A DNA stretch of 64,000 nt. Source: a virus (lineage: Duplodnaviria > Caudoviricetes). The notes beneath the pieces are model-generated. The model was given only the letters and a program-made list of their open reading frames with translations, was not told the DNA's origin and made no database searches. A program made the position numbers and the translations under genes. Shown piece after piece: positions 9,607 through 19,393 of the stretch; the first letter of the stretch is position 1; every line of letters begins with the position of its first letter. The stretch covers positions 1-64,000 of IMG/VR virus record IMGVR_UViG_3300027533_000013; one strand, 5' to 3'.

Positions 9607-10775
9607 TGGCACTCGTGCGTCTTCCAACACCGCAACTCATCTCTACCATACCCGCACAACCGTTGGCTGGGCAGATGAATGCGCTCAATGAATCCGTGGC
9701 GGGGATTGGCCATCTCCATCTTGAAGGTGGACCGGGGACTAAGACACTGTCGGCGGCTGGCGGTGGGGCCATTGTGTGGGCCAACTCTGGCACGCCAGTC
9801 TTTGCGAACGCTGGAACCACTCTACGTCTCGGGTTACAGGACGCTTCTCTCGTGAACTTCATGGAATCCGGCACGTTCGACGTGTATGCGGATTTGGTGG
9901 GCGGCTCGGCCACGATCCCCACGAACGGGTGGCTGACGACCGTCATGACTTCGGGGTCCAAGACGCTGAGCCATGGCGATGTGTTTGCGACCGCGTGGAA
10001 GATGCTGTCGCGTGCAGGCACTGATACCGTGTCGGCGCAGCGCACGTACGCATTTCCGTGGTCATCTGGTCTTGGGTATAACTTTTCAGTGGCTGTGTGG
10101 CCGCATGGCGCACACAATACGGGGACTGGTAATTCACGGCAGGAAGAAATTCCTGTTGCGTTTATACGGTTCGATGATGGCACGTATGGGTGGATTTCAG
10201 GCACGGCTCCGTGCATGCAGCCTAGTGGATCAAACTCGGCGTTTTCTGGTATTTCCACAGCAACAACGCCTGATGAATACGCGGCGGTGGTCGCCCTGTC
10301 GTTTCGAGCGACGATTTCACACTTTGCTTTTCTCCCCAATAACTTATCAGGCACAACGAATTTTTCGGTGAGCATTCTGAGTGATCCATGGGGCACTCCC
10401 ACGGATATCCCCGGTATGCCCGTCGCGTGGTCGGCTCAAAAACTTTACCAAGTACAAAATGCAGCGGTGTTGATTTCACATTTGCCGACACCGTTGACGG
10501 TCGAAGCAGGTGTACCGTTTGCCGTGTCGTGGTGGCCGACTGCATCGTCTTCGAATTTCAGTTACTTCGCCGTGACGAGTGGCTACGGTGCGATTCTGAA
10601 GAAAGCTCTGCCATTTTCGGTGGCGAAGGTGGCGGCTCGGACAGATCACACGGGGCCATTCGTAGAAACATCTGTGGATCATTTCCCATTGTTGGGGCTG
10701 TATCTGTCGCATCTTGAAGCTGGGGGTAGCATACAACCCAAGCTCCATGAATATCGACGGAGGCGCGTGTCATGA
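9606..10775 (+). CDS. putative virion protein (paralogue B)
   Basis: tandem paralogue of 8485-9606. Confidence 0.65.
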   Translation: MALVRLPTPQLISTIPAQPLAGQMNALNESVAGIGHLHLEGGPGTKTLSAAGGGAIVWANSGTPVFANAGTTLRLGLQDASLVNFMESGTFDVYADLVGGSATIPTNGWLTTVMTSGSKTLSHGDVFATAWKMLSRAGTDTVSAQRTYAFPWSSGLGYNFSVAVWPHGAHNTGTGNSRQEEIPVAFIRFDDGTYGWISGTAPCMQPSGSNSAFSGISTATTPDEYAAVVALSFRATISHFAFLPNNLSGTTNFSVSILSDPWGTPTDIPGMPVAWSAQKLYQVQNAAVLISHLPTPLTVEAGVPFAVSWWPTASSSNFSYFAVTSGYGAILKKALPFSVAKVAARTDHTGPFVETSVDHFPLLGLYLSHLEAGGSIQPKLHEYRRRRVS

Positions 10776-11248
10776 GATTACTTCGACAAAGCACGGCTGT
10801 TGATCTTCCACTTGGTCCGTTTGTGGATGGCACTGATGGTGTGACGCCTGAAACGGCTTTGTCCATCGTGCAGGCCAGCGTGCGTCTGAAGAAGAACAAC
10901 GGGGCATGGGCACAGATCAACGATGCGACCACAGCCACTCATGAGGAGTTCGGGTGGTATGAGAAGGAGTTTGATGCAACTGATTGCAATACGCTGGGGA
11001 CGTTGGTGGTGTCCGTTCAGATGGCGGGAGCGGTGCCTGTCTGGCATGAATTCATGGTGATTCCTGCTATTGTCTACGATGCGTTCATTTTGGGTATCGA
11101 GTTCATGCCCGTCGATCCGCACAAACAGAAATTCGCGGTGGCGGCGGGAAATCTCACGACCAAGAAACCAGACGGCACGACGGATACCGACTATTCACCC
11201 AAGCCTGTCACGTCAGATGCGGCGGCTCTTCCGATTATTGGTGCGTAA
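10772..11248 (+). CDS. putative virion protein
   Basis: LRQSTA..LGPFVD domain paralogous to N-terminus of 7118-8485. Confidence 0.65.
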   Translation: MRLLRQSTAVDLPLGPFVDGTDGVTPETALSIVQASVRLKKNNGAWAQINDATTATHEEFGWYEKEFDATDCNTLGTLVVSVQMAGAVPVWHEFMVIPAIVYDAFILGIEFMPVDPHKQKFAVAAGNLTTKKPDGTTDTDYSPKPVTSDAAALPIIGA

Positions 11249-11653
11249 ATGAATCCTAATTCGACCCATCAACTCTGGAGTCGCTGGACGGTGGATGTGC
11301 AGGTACCGTTCCACCCGACGCATCTCCACCCATTATTTTTTGCGGAGATGAAACGGGCGACAGCTTCATATTTTCGAAAGCTGTTTGGGTCAGCGTCAGA
11401 GATGCGGTTACTCATCAAACCCGATCTCAAAATATTTCGTCTTCGCGTGGAAGTTCGGACAGAAGGGCCTCCCGCGAATGAGTCCGACTATCGTAAAATA
11501 GCCATGAACGACATTGGCAATTTCTTCGGCAAGAATTTGCGGAAGTATGGCCGAGTGAACGTGCATGTAGATATCGTGATTGAGGCTGGTGATCCGGGGA
11601 ATGGAAATCCACCCTCGCAGTTGATCATTGCTCCACCGATTTCGATTCACTGA
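11249..11653 (+). CDS. hypothetical protein
   Basis: coupled 134-aa ORF. Confidence 0.55.
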   Translation: MNPNSTHQLWSRWTVDVQVPFHPTHLHPLFFAEMKRATASYFRKLFGSASEMRLLIKPDLKIFRLRVEVRTEGPPANESDYRKIAMNDIGNFFGKNLRKYGRVNVHVDIVIEAGDPGNGNPPSQLIIAPPISIH

Positions 11654-11665
11654 AGGAGACTCAAC

Positions 11666-11917
11666 ATGGAACGCTGTGCAGGGTGTGATGATGAGGGCCA
11701 GATGCCCGTCGTCGGTATCGCGTTAGCGAACGATGCCTTGAAGGATTTCGAAATTTCCAAGGCCAGTGATCGAGGCTTCGTCGCGTTTGGGGTCTGTGCT
11801 GCCTGTCACAAAGATCCCGAGCATCGGAAGCGTCCGCTGAAGATGCACTTCTTCGAACGTGGGCAGATGAAGCACGCACTCCGGAACGCAGGCTCCAACG
11901 TGATTGGTGGGAGGTAG
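11666..11917 (+). CDS. small CxxC/CxxC protein
   Basis: AAGGAG RBS; two CxxC pairs. Confidence 0.55.
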   Translation: MERCAGCDDEGQMPVVGIALANDALKDFEISKASDRGFVAFGVCAACHKDPEHRKRPLKMHFFERGQMKHALRNAGSNVIGGR

Positions 11918-11920
11918 AAA

Positions 11921-12331
11921 GTGGCGAACGCACTCTATAACACCTTTAAGGAAGGTATTCTCGGCAACACCGCGTTCGACCTCGACACCGATATCATCAA
12001 GGCGTCACTGGTCGATGCAGCGGATTATACGTACTCTGCCGCTCACGATGAATACTCGGGTGGTGCCAGAGACGTTCCATTGGTGGCTATTGTTGCAGAA
12101 TCTCCTACGCTGACTGGTCCCACGGTGGCGCTCGGGGTGTTCGATACGAACAACTTCACGTGGACCGCTGTGACCGGTGACGTGAGCGAAGATGTGATCG
12201 TGTGGGACGACACGCTGACCAACGACCGACTGATGATCTTCTACGACACGGGTATGACCGGGATGCCGGTGACGCCCAACGGTGGGGACATCAACTTCAC
12301 GGTCCACGCATCGGGCTGGTTCGCCATCTAA
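11921..12331 (+). CDS. phage minor structural/tail protein
   Basis: MANALY..FDLDTDIIKASLVD..PVTPNGGDI pattern typical of phage structural proteins; GGAGG RBS. Confidence 0.65.
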   Translation: MANALYNTFKEGILGNTAFDLDTDIIKASLVDAADYTYSAAHDEYSGGARDVPLVAIVAESPTLTGPTVALGVFDTNNFTWTAVTGDVSEDVIVWDDTLTNDRLMIFYDTGMTGMPVTPNGGDINFTVHASGWFAI

Positions 12332-12354
12332 CTCCGCGCTGAGCGCGGTGGACC

Positions 12355-13101
12355 ATGTCGCAGCTTCCGATCTGGTTGTTGCCAGCACTCACCACGCCTG
12401 AGTTGGCGGATCTGCTCAGCGTGGTGTCGGGAGGGGTCAACAAGAAACTCGCCCTGACGCATTTCGCTACGCTGACTGTTAGTAATGTCGTTGTACAGGT
12501 GAAGACGGTCGGCTCGGGGACGTATACGCCAACACCCGGCATGAAGAAGGTACTCACTATTGCCGTGGGTGGCGGCGGCGGTGGTCACGGTGGACTGAAC
12601 ACCGACTCAGCCGGAGGCGGTGGAGGTGGAGGGGGCACGGTCATCAAACTGATGTCTGCTGCCGACATCGGTGCCAGTAAAGCCTACGTCGTAGGGGCTG
12701 GTGGAGCCGCAGCCGGTGCAGGCACAGCGACCACGGTTGATGGGGGTACGCTTCTCAGTGCTGGCGGGGGCCAACCGGGCACGCAGGGAGCCACGTTCTC
12801 GGTGATTGGGGTCAGTGTCGCTGGTGGAGCCGGTGGAGCCGCGACAGGAGGTAATTTGAATGTTCCCGGAGCCGCTGGAGAGCGTGGTGTCATCCTTGAT
12901 GGTAGCGTCGGATTGGGTGGTATCGGGGGCTATAGTCGTTTCGGATTCGGTGGTGTGCCCGGTGGGACAAACGCAGCCGGTGGTAATGGTGGAGCCTACG
13001 GTGGCGGTGGTGCCGGGGGTCATGCAAGTGCGACACAGGACCGTGCGGGTGGAACAGGTGGCAATGGCATCCTGTATCTGATTGAATTCCTCGGTGGGTG
13101 A
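12355..13101 (+). CDS. glycine-rich tail-fibre-like protein
   Basis: SGTYTPT..AVGGGGGG..GGGGGG..GGNG..LIEF glycine-rich domain. Confidence 0.7.
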   Translation: MSQLPIWLLPALTTPELADLLSVVSGGVNKKLALTHFATLTVSNVVVQVKTVGSGTYTPTPGMKKVLTIAVGGGGGGHGGLNTDSAGGGGGGGGTVIKLMSAADIGASKAYVVGAGGAAAGAGTATTVDGGTLLSAGGGQPGTQGATFSVIGVSVAGGAGGAATGGNLNVPGAAGERGVILDGSVGLGGIGGYSRFGFGGVPGGTNAAGGNGGAYGGGGAGGHASATQDRAGGTGGNGILYLIEFLGG

Positions 13102-13844
13102 CAACATTGGCTGATCAAAAAACCACCGAACTGACAGCACTGACGACACCCGTTGAAGCGGACCTGTTGCAGATTATTGATGATGTGGCAGGTTCGCCCA
13201 TCACGAAGAAAATCACGATACAGGATTTGCTCTCGCTGTTCACGAGCAACGTGACAGTGCAAGTCTTGTCCGCAGCCAGTGGCACGTATACGCCCACGGC
13301 TCGGATGAAGAAAGTCCTGCTGATTGCGGTTGGACCCGGTGGTAATGGTGCGAATATCACAGGTGCAGATGACGCAGCCGGTGGTGGCGGTGGTGGAGGA
13401 TGTGCCATCAAGCTGCTCGATGCTGCCACGGTAGGAGCCAGCAAGGCATACACGGTTGGTCAGACTTCTGGCAACAACACCACGTTTAATACGTCCACAC
13501 TGGTGGCAAATAGTGGATCGAATGGTTCAGCTACAGGTAATACGACGACGCTCGGAGCGAACGCAGCCGGTGGTGCAGGCGGTGCGGCATCCGGTGGTGA
13601 TCTGAACATTCCCGGTGAAGCCGGTCAGAGAGCCATCATCTTCAGCACGACGCATGGCAGCGGTGGACGTGGTGGAAGTTCTGCCTTCGGCAATGGTGGT
13701 GCGGCGTCAGGGACGGAAGCTGTGGGAGCCGCTGGGGGTGCGTATGGTGGTGGAGGTGCAGGAGGACATACAGCGTCAGACGTAGACCGCACTGGAGGTG
13801 CGGGTGCGGCGGGTGTCATCTTCGCTATTGAATTTCTCGCGTAA
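13098..13844 (+). CDS. glycine-rich tail-fibre-like protein (paralogue of preceding gene)
   Basis: same 248-aa length and motif order as 12355-13101. Confidence 0.7.
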   Translation: MTTLADQKTTELTALTTPVEADLLQIIDDVAGSPITKKITIQDLLSLFTSNVTVQVLSAASGTYTPTARMKKVLLIAVGPGGNGANITGADDAAGGGGGGGCAIKLLDAATVGASKAYTVGQTSGNNTTFNTSTLVANSGSNGSATGNTTTLGANAAGGAGGAASGGDLNIPGEAGQRAIIFSTTHGSGGRGGSSAFGNGGAASGTEAVGAAGGAYGGGGAGGHTASDVDRTGGAGAAGVIFAIEFLA

Positions 13845-13850
13845 TGAGCT

Positions 13851-16421
13851 GTGAGCGACTATCTCCTCAAAGAAGATGGTGACCGTCTCCTTCAGGAGAA
13901 TAACGATCCACTCCTGACGGCTTCGTCCGTTTCAAATCTTACGGGCGATTTTCTCGCATCTACCCTACAAGTTTTTGCCAGTGTTGTTGCCGCTGGTGCG
14001 GTGACTGTTGCGGGGGCATTCATCCCGACCGGCAGTCAGGTTTTCGAAGGCACCATCATACCGGGTGCCACGATTATCCTTGGTGCCCCGGTCGTTCCTA
14101 CCTCCGTTGCCTATTCAGGACATGTCGTCACGGTTGGTGGTCCACGAGCACCACAGTCGATGCTCGGGTTCTGGATGGGGGGCATTTCAAAACCCGCCAG
14201 CGGTGGTAGCCAAGCTGTTACCGGTGAACACGTTGCTTCGACCGTCCAGACTTTTAGTGGCACCGTTGCAGTTGGTGCCGTCAGTGTTTCAGGCGCACAT
14301 CTCGCGTCCACTGCACAGTTATTTGCAGGTACGGCATCGCCACAGCCAGTTGGAATTACTGGTGCCACGATTTCAGAGGGTAATCAGGTATTCGCTGGCA
14401 GTGTGTTACATGTAAGTGTTGGAGGTCTGACGTCGTACTTCGCGTTCTGGTTAGGTGGTGCATCAGCCGAAACAGGATTGGGAGTAGTTGGAGCCTACCT
14501 ACCGAGTGGTGTCCAACTCTTTGCAGGCACCGTCACGACCGGTGCTGTAACGGTTGATGGGGCACACATTGCCTCAACGTCTCAAGTCTTTGCAGGCACA
14601 GTTGCCCCAGCCCCTGTCGCAGTCAATGGCGCACATATCGCTTCTACCGCACAAGTATTTGCGGGTCAAGCGTGGTATCCCGCAGGGTATCGTTCGTTTG
14701 CAGCCCGATGGATGGGTGGTGCATCGGCTCCTGCGGCGTTCTCACAAGCGGTTACCGGGGCACATCTCGCATCCACGGCGCAGATATTCGAAGGTTCCGT
14801 TACGACAGGTGCCGTCACTGTTACGGGTGCCCATGTCGCATCAACCGTACAGGTATTTGCTGGATCAGTAACGACAGGTGCCGTGACGGTTGTTGGTGTT
14901 CACATCCCAACGACCAGTCAAATATTCCCCGGTTCAGTGGCTGTAGGAGCAGTCACGGCGGTTGGCGCACACATCCCCTCTACGGTTCAGCTATTCGCTG
15001 GTTCAGTTACGACTGGAGCCATCGGCGTTACGGGGGCGCATGTCGGCTCGACCGTTCAGGTATTTGATGGACTTGTCACGCAAGGTGCGGTGGCGATTGA
15101 TGGAGCGCATATTCCATCAACCGTGCAACTGTTTGCAGGCACGGCATCACCCCAGCCGGTTCCAGTTTCGGGCGCACATGTCGCGTCTACGGTTCAGCTA
15201 TTTGCAGGTTCTGTCCGACTGATCGGTGGGGCACACGTTCCCTCGACGCTCCAGATATTTGCAGGCACTGTTGCACCGGGTGCCGTCACCATCAGTGGTG
15301 CTCATCGAGCATCGACGCTGCAACTGTTTGCTGGCTCGGTCACAACTGGGGCCATCACGGTTGTCGGAGCACATGTCCCATCTACGGTTCAGGTCTTCGC
15401 AGGGTCTGTAGCACCCGGAGCCATCACATGTGTTGGAGCGCACATCTCCAGCACGCTCCAAATCTTTGCTGGGTCTGTTACGACAGGCGCGGTTACGGTC
15501 GTTGGCGCACACGTCCCCAGCACGGTGCAAGTCTTTGCGGGGTCAGTCACGGTTGGCGCGGCCACGGTGGTCGGGGCGCACATCCCGTCTACCCTGCAAC
15601 TGTTTGAGCCGACCATCCTGCAAGGTGGTCAGCTAGCAGGCGCGGAGTGGGTCACCAGCACGCAAGTATTTCCCGGTTCCGTGGCGGCAGGAGCCGTCAG
15701 CGTCACCGGGGCGCATTGTCCATCAACGCTCCAGATATTTGCTGGTCTAGTGACACGTGGAGTCATTGGGGCGTTCCTGCCGAGTGGGTCGCAAGTCTTT
15801 GCAGGCAGTGCGAATTACAACGTCACCGGAGCGCACGTCTCATCGACGGTTCAGACGTTCCCCGGCACGGTGCTCAGGGCGTTGGTTGGGGCGACCATCC
15901 CGGCTGGGTCACAGGTATTCCCCGGTAGCATTGGTGTTGGTGGCGCAGAAATATCTGGGGCGACCATCCCGAGTGGCAGTCAGGTGTTCCCCGGCAGCGT
16001 GCTTGTCGGAGCCATCACGGTTGGTGGAGCGCATCTACCATCAGGCAGTGCCACGTTCCCCGGCAGCATCACGGCAGGACCGGCATCAGTGGCTGGGGCG
16101 TTCGTGCCCAGCACGCTGCAAATCTTCCCCGGTTCGGTGGTGGCTGCATCCACGCAGGAAGTTGGTGGAGCGTTCATCGACTCAACCGCACAGGTATTCC
16201 CCGGTTTGGTGCAGCCCAAGGCCGGAACCTGCGTCAAGAGTGACGTAACCGTGCGGTGTCGGGTGACAGGTGCTACACTAGGGCCGACATTCACGGTCTG
16301 TTCAGACGGGGTCAAAGTGAAATATCTTGGGGTAGGTGCAATTGATTGCACAAATGACGGGGTGGTTGCTGAGGTGTCGGTGCGGACGAGAGTCACCGCT
16401 GATATCGAATTCTGTTGTTAG
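13851..16421 (+). CDS. long repeat protein (23-aa beta-rich repeats), probable fibre/appendage
   Basis: about 30 degenerate copies of GAHxxSTxQxFAGSVxxGAVTVx. Confidence 0.75.
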   Translation: MSDYLLKEDGDRLLQENNDPLLTASSVSNLTGDFLASTLQVFASVVAAGAVTVAGAFIPTGSQVFEGTIIPGATIILGAPVVPTSVAYSGHVVTVGGPRAPQSMLGFWMGGISKPASGGSQAVTGEHVASTVQTFSGTVAVGAVSVSGAHLASTAQLFAGTASPQPVGITGATISEGNQVFAGSVLHVSVGGLTSYFAFWLGGASAETGLGVVGAYLPSGVQLFAGTVTTGAVTVDGAHIASTSQVFAGTVAPAPVAVNGAHIASTAQVFAGQAWYPAGYRSFAARWMGGASAPAAFSQAVTGAHLASTAQIFEGSVTTGAVTVTGAHVASTVQVFAGSVTTGAVTVVGVHIPTTSQIFPGSVAVGAVTAVGAHIPSTVQLFAGSVTTGAIGVTGAHVGSTVQVFDGLVTQGAVAIDGAHIPSTVQLFAGTASPQPVPVSGAHVASTVQLFAGSVRLIGGAHVPSTLQIFAGTVAPGAVTISGAHRASTLQLFAGSVTTGAITVVGAHVPSTVQVFAGSVAPGAITCVGAHISSTLQIFAGSVTTGAVTVVGAHVPSTVQVFAGSVTVGAATVVGAHIPSTLQLFEPTILQGGQLAGAEWVTSTQVFPGSVAAGAVSVTGAHCPSTLQIFAGLVTRGVIGAFLPSGSQVFAGSANYNVTGAHVSSTVQTFPGTVLRALVGATIPAGSQVFPGSIGVGGAEISGATIPSGSQVFPGSVLVGAITVGGAHLPSGSATFPGSITAGPASVAGAFVPSTLQIFPGSVVAASTQEVGGAFIDSTAQVFPGLVQPKAGTCVKSDVTVRCRVTGATLGPTFTVCSDGVKVKYLGVGAIDCTNDGVVAEVSVRTRVTADIEFCC

Positions 16422-16430
16422 AGGCCAACC

Positions 16431-16748
16431 ATGAGTAGAGTTGTGATCAAACGGGGTAACGATCAAGTTGTCACGCTCGTGGGCCTGCGGACGACTGATC
16501 CCGTTACGGTGTATCTGAATTCCGCCGAAGTAAAGGCCACGCTGTTCGATAGCAAGGGCACGGTGGTGCAGCCATTCCAAGAGGTGTCCATGCCCTACGT
16601 GCAGGGGAGCGAGGGCAATTACGAATGGTCTATCGCGGCGGCTAACTCGATGCTTTCGATGGGTGTAGAGTATTCGCTGGAAATCAAGGCCGTACAGGAT
16701 GCTCTGAACTATCGAGCCGTGCATGCGGTGTCGGTAGTGGATGCGTGA
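16431..16748 (+). CDS. small Ig-like/baseplate-type structural protein
   Basis: IKRGND..YLNSAEVKATL..GNYEW. Confidence 0.5.
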   Translation: MSRVVIKRGNDQVVTLVGLRTTDPVTVYLNSAEVKATLFDSKGTVVQPFQEVSMPYVQGSEGNYEWSIAAANSMLSMGVEYSLEIKAVQDALNYRAVHAVSVVDA

Positions 16749-16757
16749 GGTAGAATA

Positions 16758-16931
16758 ATGGCGTTGACATGGAAGACGGAACCCACGAAGAAAAAGAAGA
16801 AGCCGAAGTATTCCTACGTGCTCAAGTTCCCGGCCAACAAACAGACGGGGTGGCAGGAAACGGTCATGGATATCAATAGCATCAGTGACCGGTTGGAAGC
16901 GGCGAGAGGGGCCATTACCCAGAAACTGTAG
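16758..16931 (+). CDS. small basic protein
   Basis: GAGG RBS; MALTWKTEPTKKKKKPKYSYVLKFP..; not in ORF track (57 aa). Confidence 0.45.
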   Translation: MALTWKTEPTKKKKKPKYSYVLKFPANKQTGWQETVMDINSISDRLEAARGAITQKL

Positions 16932-16934
16932 CTC

Positions 16935-16963
16935 TTGACAAACTATTTCACCCGTGGTATCTT
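16935..16963 (+). promoter_or_regulatory. sigma70-type promoter
   Basis: TTGACA-17-TATCTT, extended TG. Confidence 0.65.
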
Positions 16964-17008
16964 GTAAGTCGCGTTCACGGTCTGGGTTCAACTTCCAACG
17001 ATGGGCGC

Positions 17009-17037
17009 TTGACAAACATGGAGCCATTTGCTACCAT
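17009..17037 (+). promoter_or_regulatory. sigma70-type promoter
   Basis: TTGACA-17-TACCAT, extended TG. Confidence 0.65.
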
Positions 17038-17075
17038 AGTTGAAGTTCGTAGTGACCAATGGAGTGGTGAAAAGC

Positions 17076-19043
17076 ATGGATTTCTATACATTTGGACTAG
17101 AAAAAGAAACGCTGGCAAAGGGTTCGACCGAGTTGCTCGGGGGCAAGGGTGCAGGACTTTTGTGGCTGGTCAATGAGGGTGTCCCGGTTCCACCGGGGTT
17201 CGTGATTCCGACCACGGTGTGGGCCGATTACGACCAAAAGCCCAAGACCACCATGAAGGCCATCGCCAAGGCTCTGCCGGAGTATCTGGCGAAGCTGGAA
17301 AAGCACTTCGGCTACATGCCGCTGCTGTCCGTCCGGTCTGGTGCGCGTGTCTCGTGCCCCGGCATGATGGACACCATCCTGAACGTCGGAATTGACAGTG
17401 ACAACGTCTCGCAGTGGATTGAACGTCTCGGGCCGAAATGCTTTGGCAATAGTTTTGAACGGCTGGTGACCATGTATGGTTCCGTCGTGGCGGGTATCCG
17501 TAAGGAATCGTTGGAAGGCAGTCTGAAGTCTCGGTTGGATGCGTATCAGTCGCACACTGGATCGGAGTTTCCGGACGCGAAGGCGCAGCTACTGGGCGCT
17601 ATTGAAGCGGTCTTCAAGTCGTGGGATAACGAACGAGCGAACATCTACCGCAAGGATCATGGCTACGACCGGGCATGGGGAACGGCGGTCACCGTGCAAG
17701 CGATGGTTTTCGGCAACCTGAACGAACAATCAGGAGCCGGGGTGCTGTTTTCGCGGAACCCGATGACGGGAGCCATGGCCGTGACTGGTGAGTGGGTGCC
17801 GAACGCTCAGGGTGAGGATATCGTGGACGGCAGCAAGACGCCGCTGTCACTGGACAAAATGAAGGGATGGAACGCATCGGTTCATGAGGAATTGGTGAGC
17901 CATGCCATCAATCTGGAGAACCTGAAGCGCGAGATGCTCGACATTGAATTCACGATTCAGGACGGCAAGCTGTATCTGCTGCAAGTGAGAACCGGCAAGC
18001 GGTCACCGCTGGCGGCGATCAAGATTGCGGTGGACATGGCCAAGCAACAGTTGATTACGCCGAAGGTTGCCATCAAGCGTGTGTCGCCCAAGGAATTTGA
18101 CTTGGCGCAAACGGTGACGGTGGACCCGAAGTTCACGAAGTCAGCGGCGTTCAGTGGCCTTGGAGCCAGCAACGGTGTCGCCATCGGCAAGCCGGTGTTT
18201 AGCAAGGAAGATGCAATCGCTTGCACAGAGCCGTGCATCCTCGTGACGCAAGAGACCACCCCGGAAGATATCGCTGGCATGAAGGCGGCGAAGGGGGTCA
18301 TCACCATGGTCGGTGGCGTGACATGCCACGCAGCGGTTGTGATGCGTCCGATGGGCAAGGCGTGCATCGTGGGCGTCGGTCAGAGCATCGAGTCGTTCAA
18401 GGACGTGGAAGTCATCAGCATGGACGGGCTGACGGGCCGGATCTGGACTGAGGTCGTTCCGACTGTCGGTGGCAAGGTCAACGGTGAGGTTCGTGAGTTT
18501 AACGAATTGGTGCGGCAAACACTTGGGATCATCCCGGTCATCTTCGATGTGCCGACTGTAGAGATGGACGAAGTTCTGCTGTATCTTGGCGACAAGGTTC
18601 TCAGCGATGATGCCATGGGTATCGTGACCAAGACGCTGGACAAGGTCAACAAGCTGTATTTGGACCTGACGCCATCGGCGGCTGAAGAACGGTTCCTGAA
18701 TATCGTGGGTGCCTACGGGCATACGCAACGACTGTTGGACTGGTTGGGGGGTCTGCCTGAGTCGCAGGTTGCCAAGTTGGTGGTGATTGCGAAACCTGAA
18801 CTGACTACGTCGCTTCCACGGCTGTCGTCCAGTTCTGACCTGCGGTCGCTGGTGCTCTCAGGGACTGACATCGTGATGGACGGGGGGCTGAATATCGCGG
18901 ACCCGGCAGTGAAGCGTGTGCTGGACTGGAAGAAGGCTGAGGGTGGAGCCATCGTGTCCATCGGTCAGTATCTGGAAGGCAGCAAGTCGATGATCAGTGT
19001 GTCGCAGGCACTGCACCTGATCGGGAATGGAGTGGTGCAATAA
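17076..19043 (+). CDS. PPDK-like dikinase (ATP-grasp + phospho-His domain) with non-canonical C-terminal domain
   Basis: LLGGKGAGL, PVPPGF, PLLSVRSGA..PGMMDTILNVG, VQAMVFGN, QGEDIV, DIEFTIQ..LLQVR, ETTPEDIAGM, GGVTCHAAVV; pyruvate-binding barrel absent. Confidence 0.9.
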   Translation: MDFYTFGLEKETLAKGSTELLGGKGAGLLWLVNEGVPVPPGFVIPTTVWADYDQKPKTTMKAIAKALPEYLAKLEKHFGYMPLLSVRSGARVSCPGMMDTILNVGIDSDNVSQWIERLGPKCFGNSFERLVTMYGSVVAGIRKESLEGSLKSRLDAYQSHTGSEFPDAKAQLLGAIEAVFKSWDNERANIYRKDHGYDRAWGTAVTVQAMVFGNLNEQSGAGVLFSRNPMTGAMAVTGEWVPNAQGEDIVDGSKTPLSLDKMKGWNASVHEELVSHAINLENLKREMLDIEFTIQDGKLYLLQVRTGKRSPLAAIKIAVDMAKQQLITPKVAIKRVSPKEFDLAQTVTVDPKFTKSAAFSGLGASNGVAIGKPVFSKEDAIACTEPCILVTQETTPEDIAGMKAAKGVITMVGGVTCHAAVVMRPMGKACIVGVGQSIESFKDVEVISMDGLTGRIWTEVVPTVGGKVNGEVREFNELVRQTLGIIPVIFDVPTVEMDEVLLYLGDKVLSDDAMGIVTKTLDKVNKLYLDLTPSAAEERFLNIVGAYGHTQRLLDWLGGLPESQVAKLVVIAKPELTTSLPRLSSSSDLRSLVLSGTDIVMDGGLNIADPAVKRVLDWKKAEGGAIVSIGQYLEGSKSMISVSQALHLIGNGVVQ

Positions 19044-19393
19044 TGGCCACTCCTACCTATGAACGTGTGCGGGAGATGTTGCACTACGAACACATTGTGG
19101 GAACTTCCGAAGGGAGTGGTAGCTATATCGCATTAAGTATCGGAGTCTCGGTCGGTAGTAAAATTGACGTTGGGGGACACATGGTGCAAGTAAAAGCACT
19201 GGTGTATCCCAACGTCGTGGTGGTGACCGTGGATCGCGGCGATGAGATTGTCATCAGTGAGGGCAAGACGGTGGAGATTCTGCCGGGTGTCCGAGTCCAG
19301 TCTGGGATGGGTGGCAATCGTCTGGCGTTCCATGCGGCAAAGTCGATTCGAATTTCACGGGTAGAGGAAGCAACGAAAGGTGAACGGCGATGA
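19043..19393 (+). CDS. hypothetical protein, weak CsrA-like signature
   Basis: LSIGVSVGSKIDVG..RLAFHAAKSIRISR loosely parallels CsrA termini. Confidence 0.5.
   Translation: MATPTYERVREMLHYEHIVGTSEGSGSYIALSIGVSVGSKIDVGGHMVQVKALVYPNVVVVTVDRGDEIVISEGKTVEILPGVRVQSGMGGNRLAFHAAKSIRISRVEEATKGERR

Noticed and set aside
13930-16215. Periodic DNA repeats as a CRISPR array or DGR template/variable repeats
   Set aside because: They are in-frame 69-bp coding repeats with synonymous divergence and no spacers; no cas or reverse transcriptase gene was recognised in the window.
17076-19043. Calling the gene ppdK (auxiliary metabolic gene for PEP/pyruvate)
   Set aside because: It lacks the C-terminal pyruvate-binding barrel required for PPDK activity.
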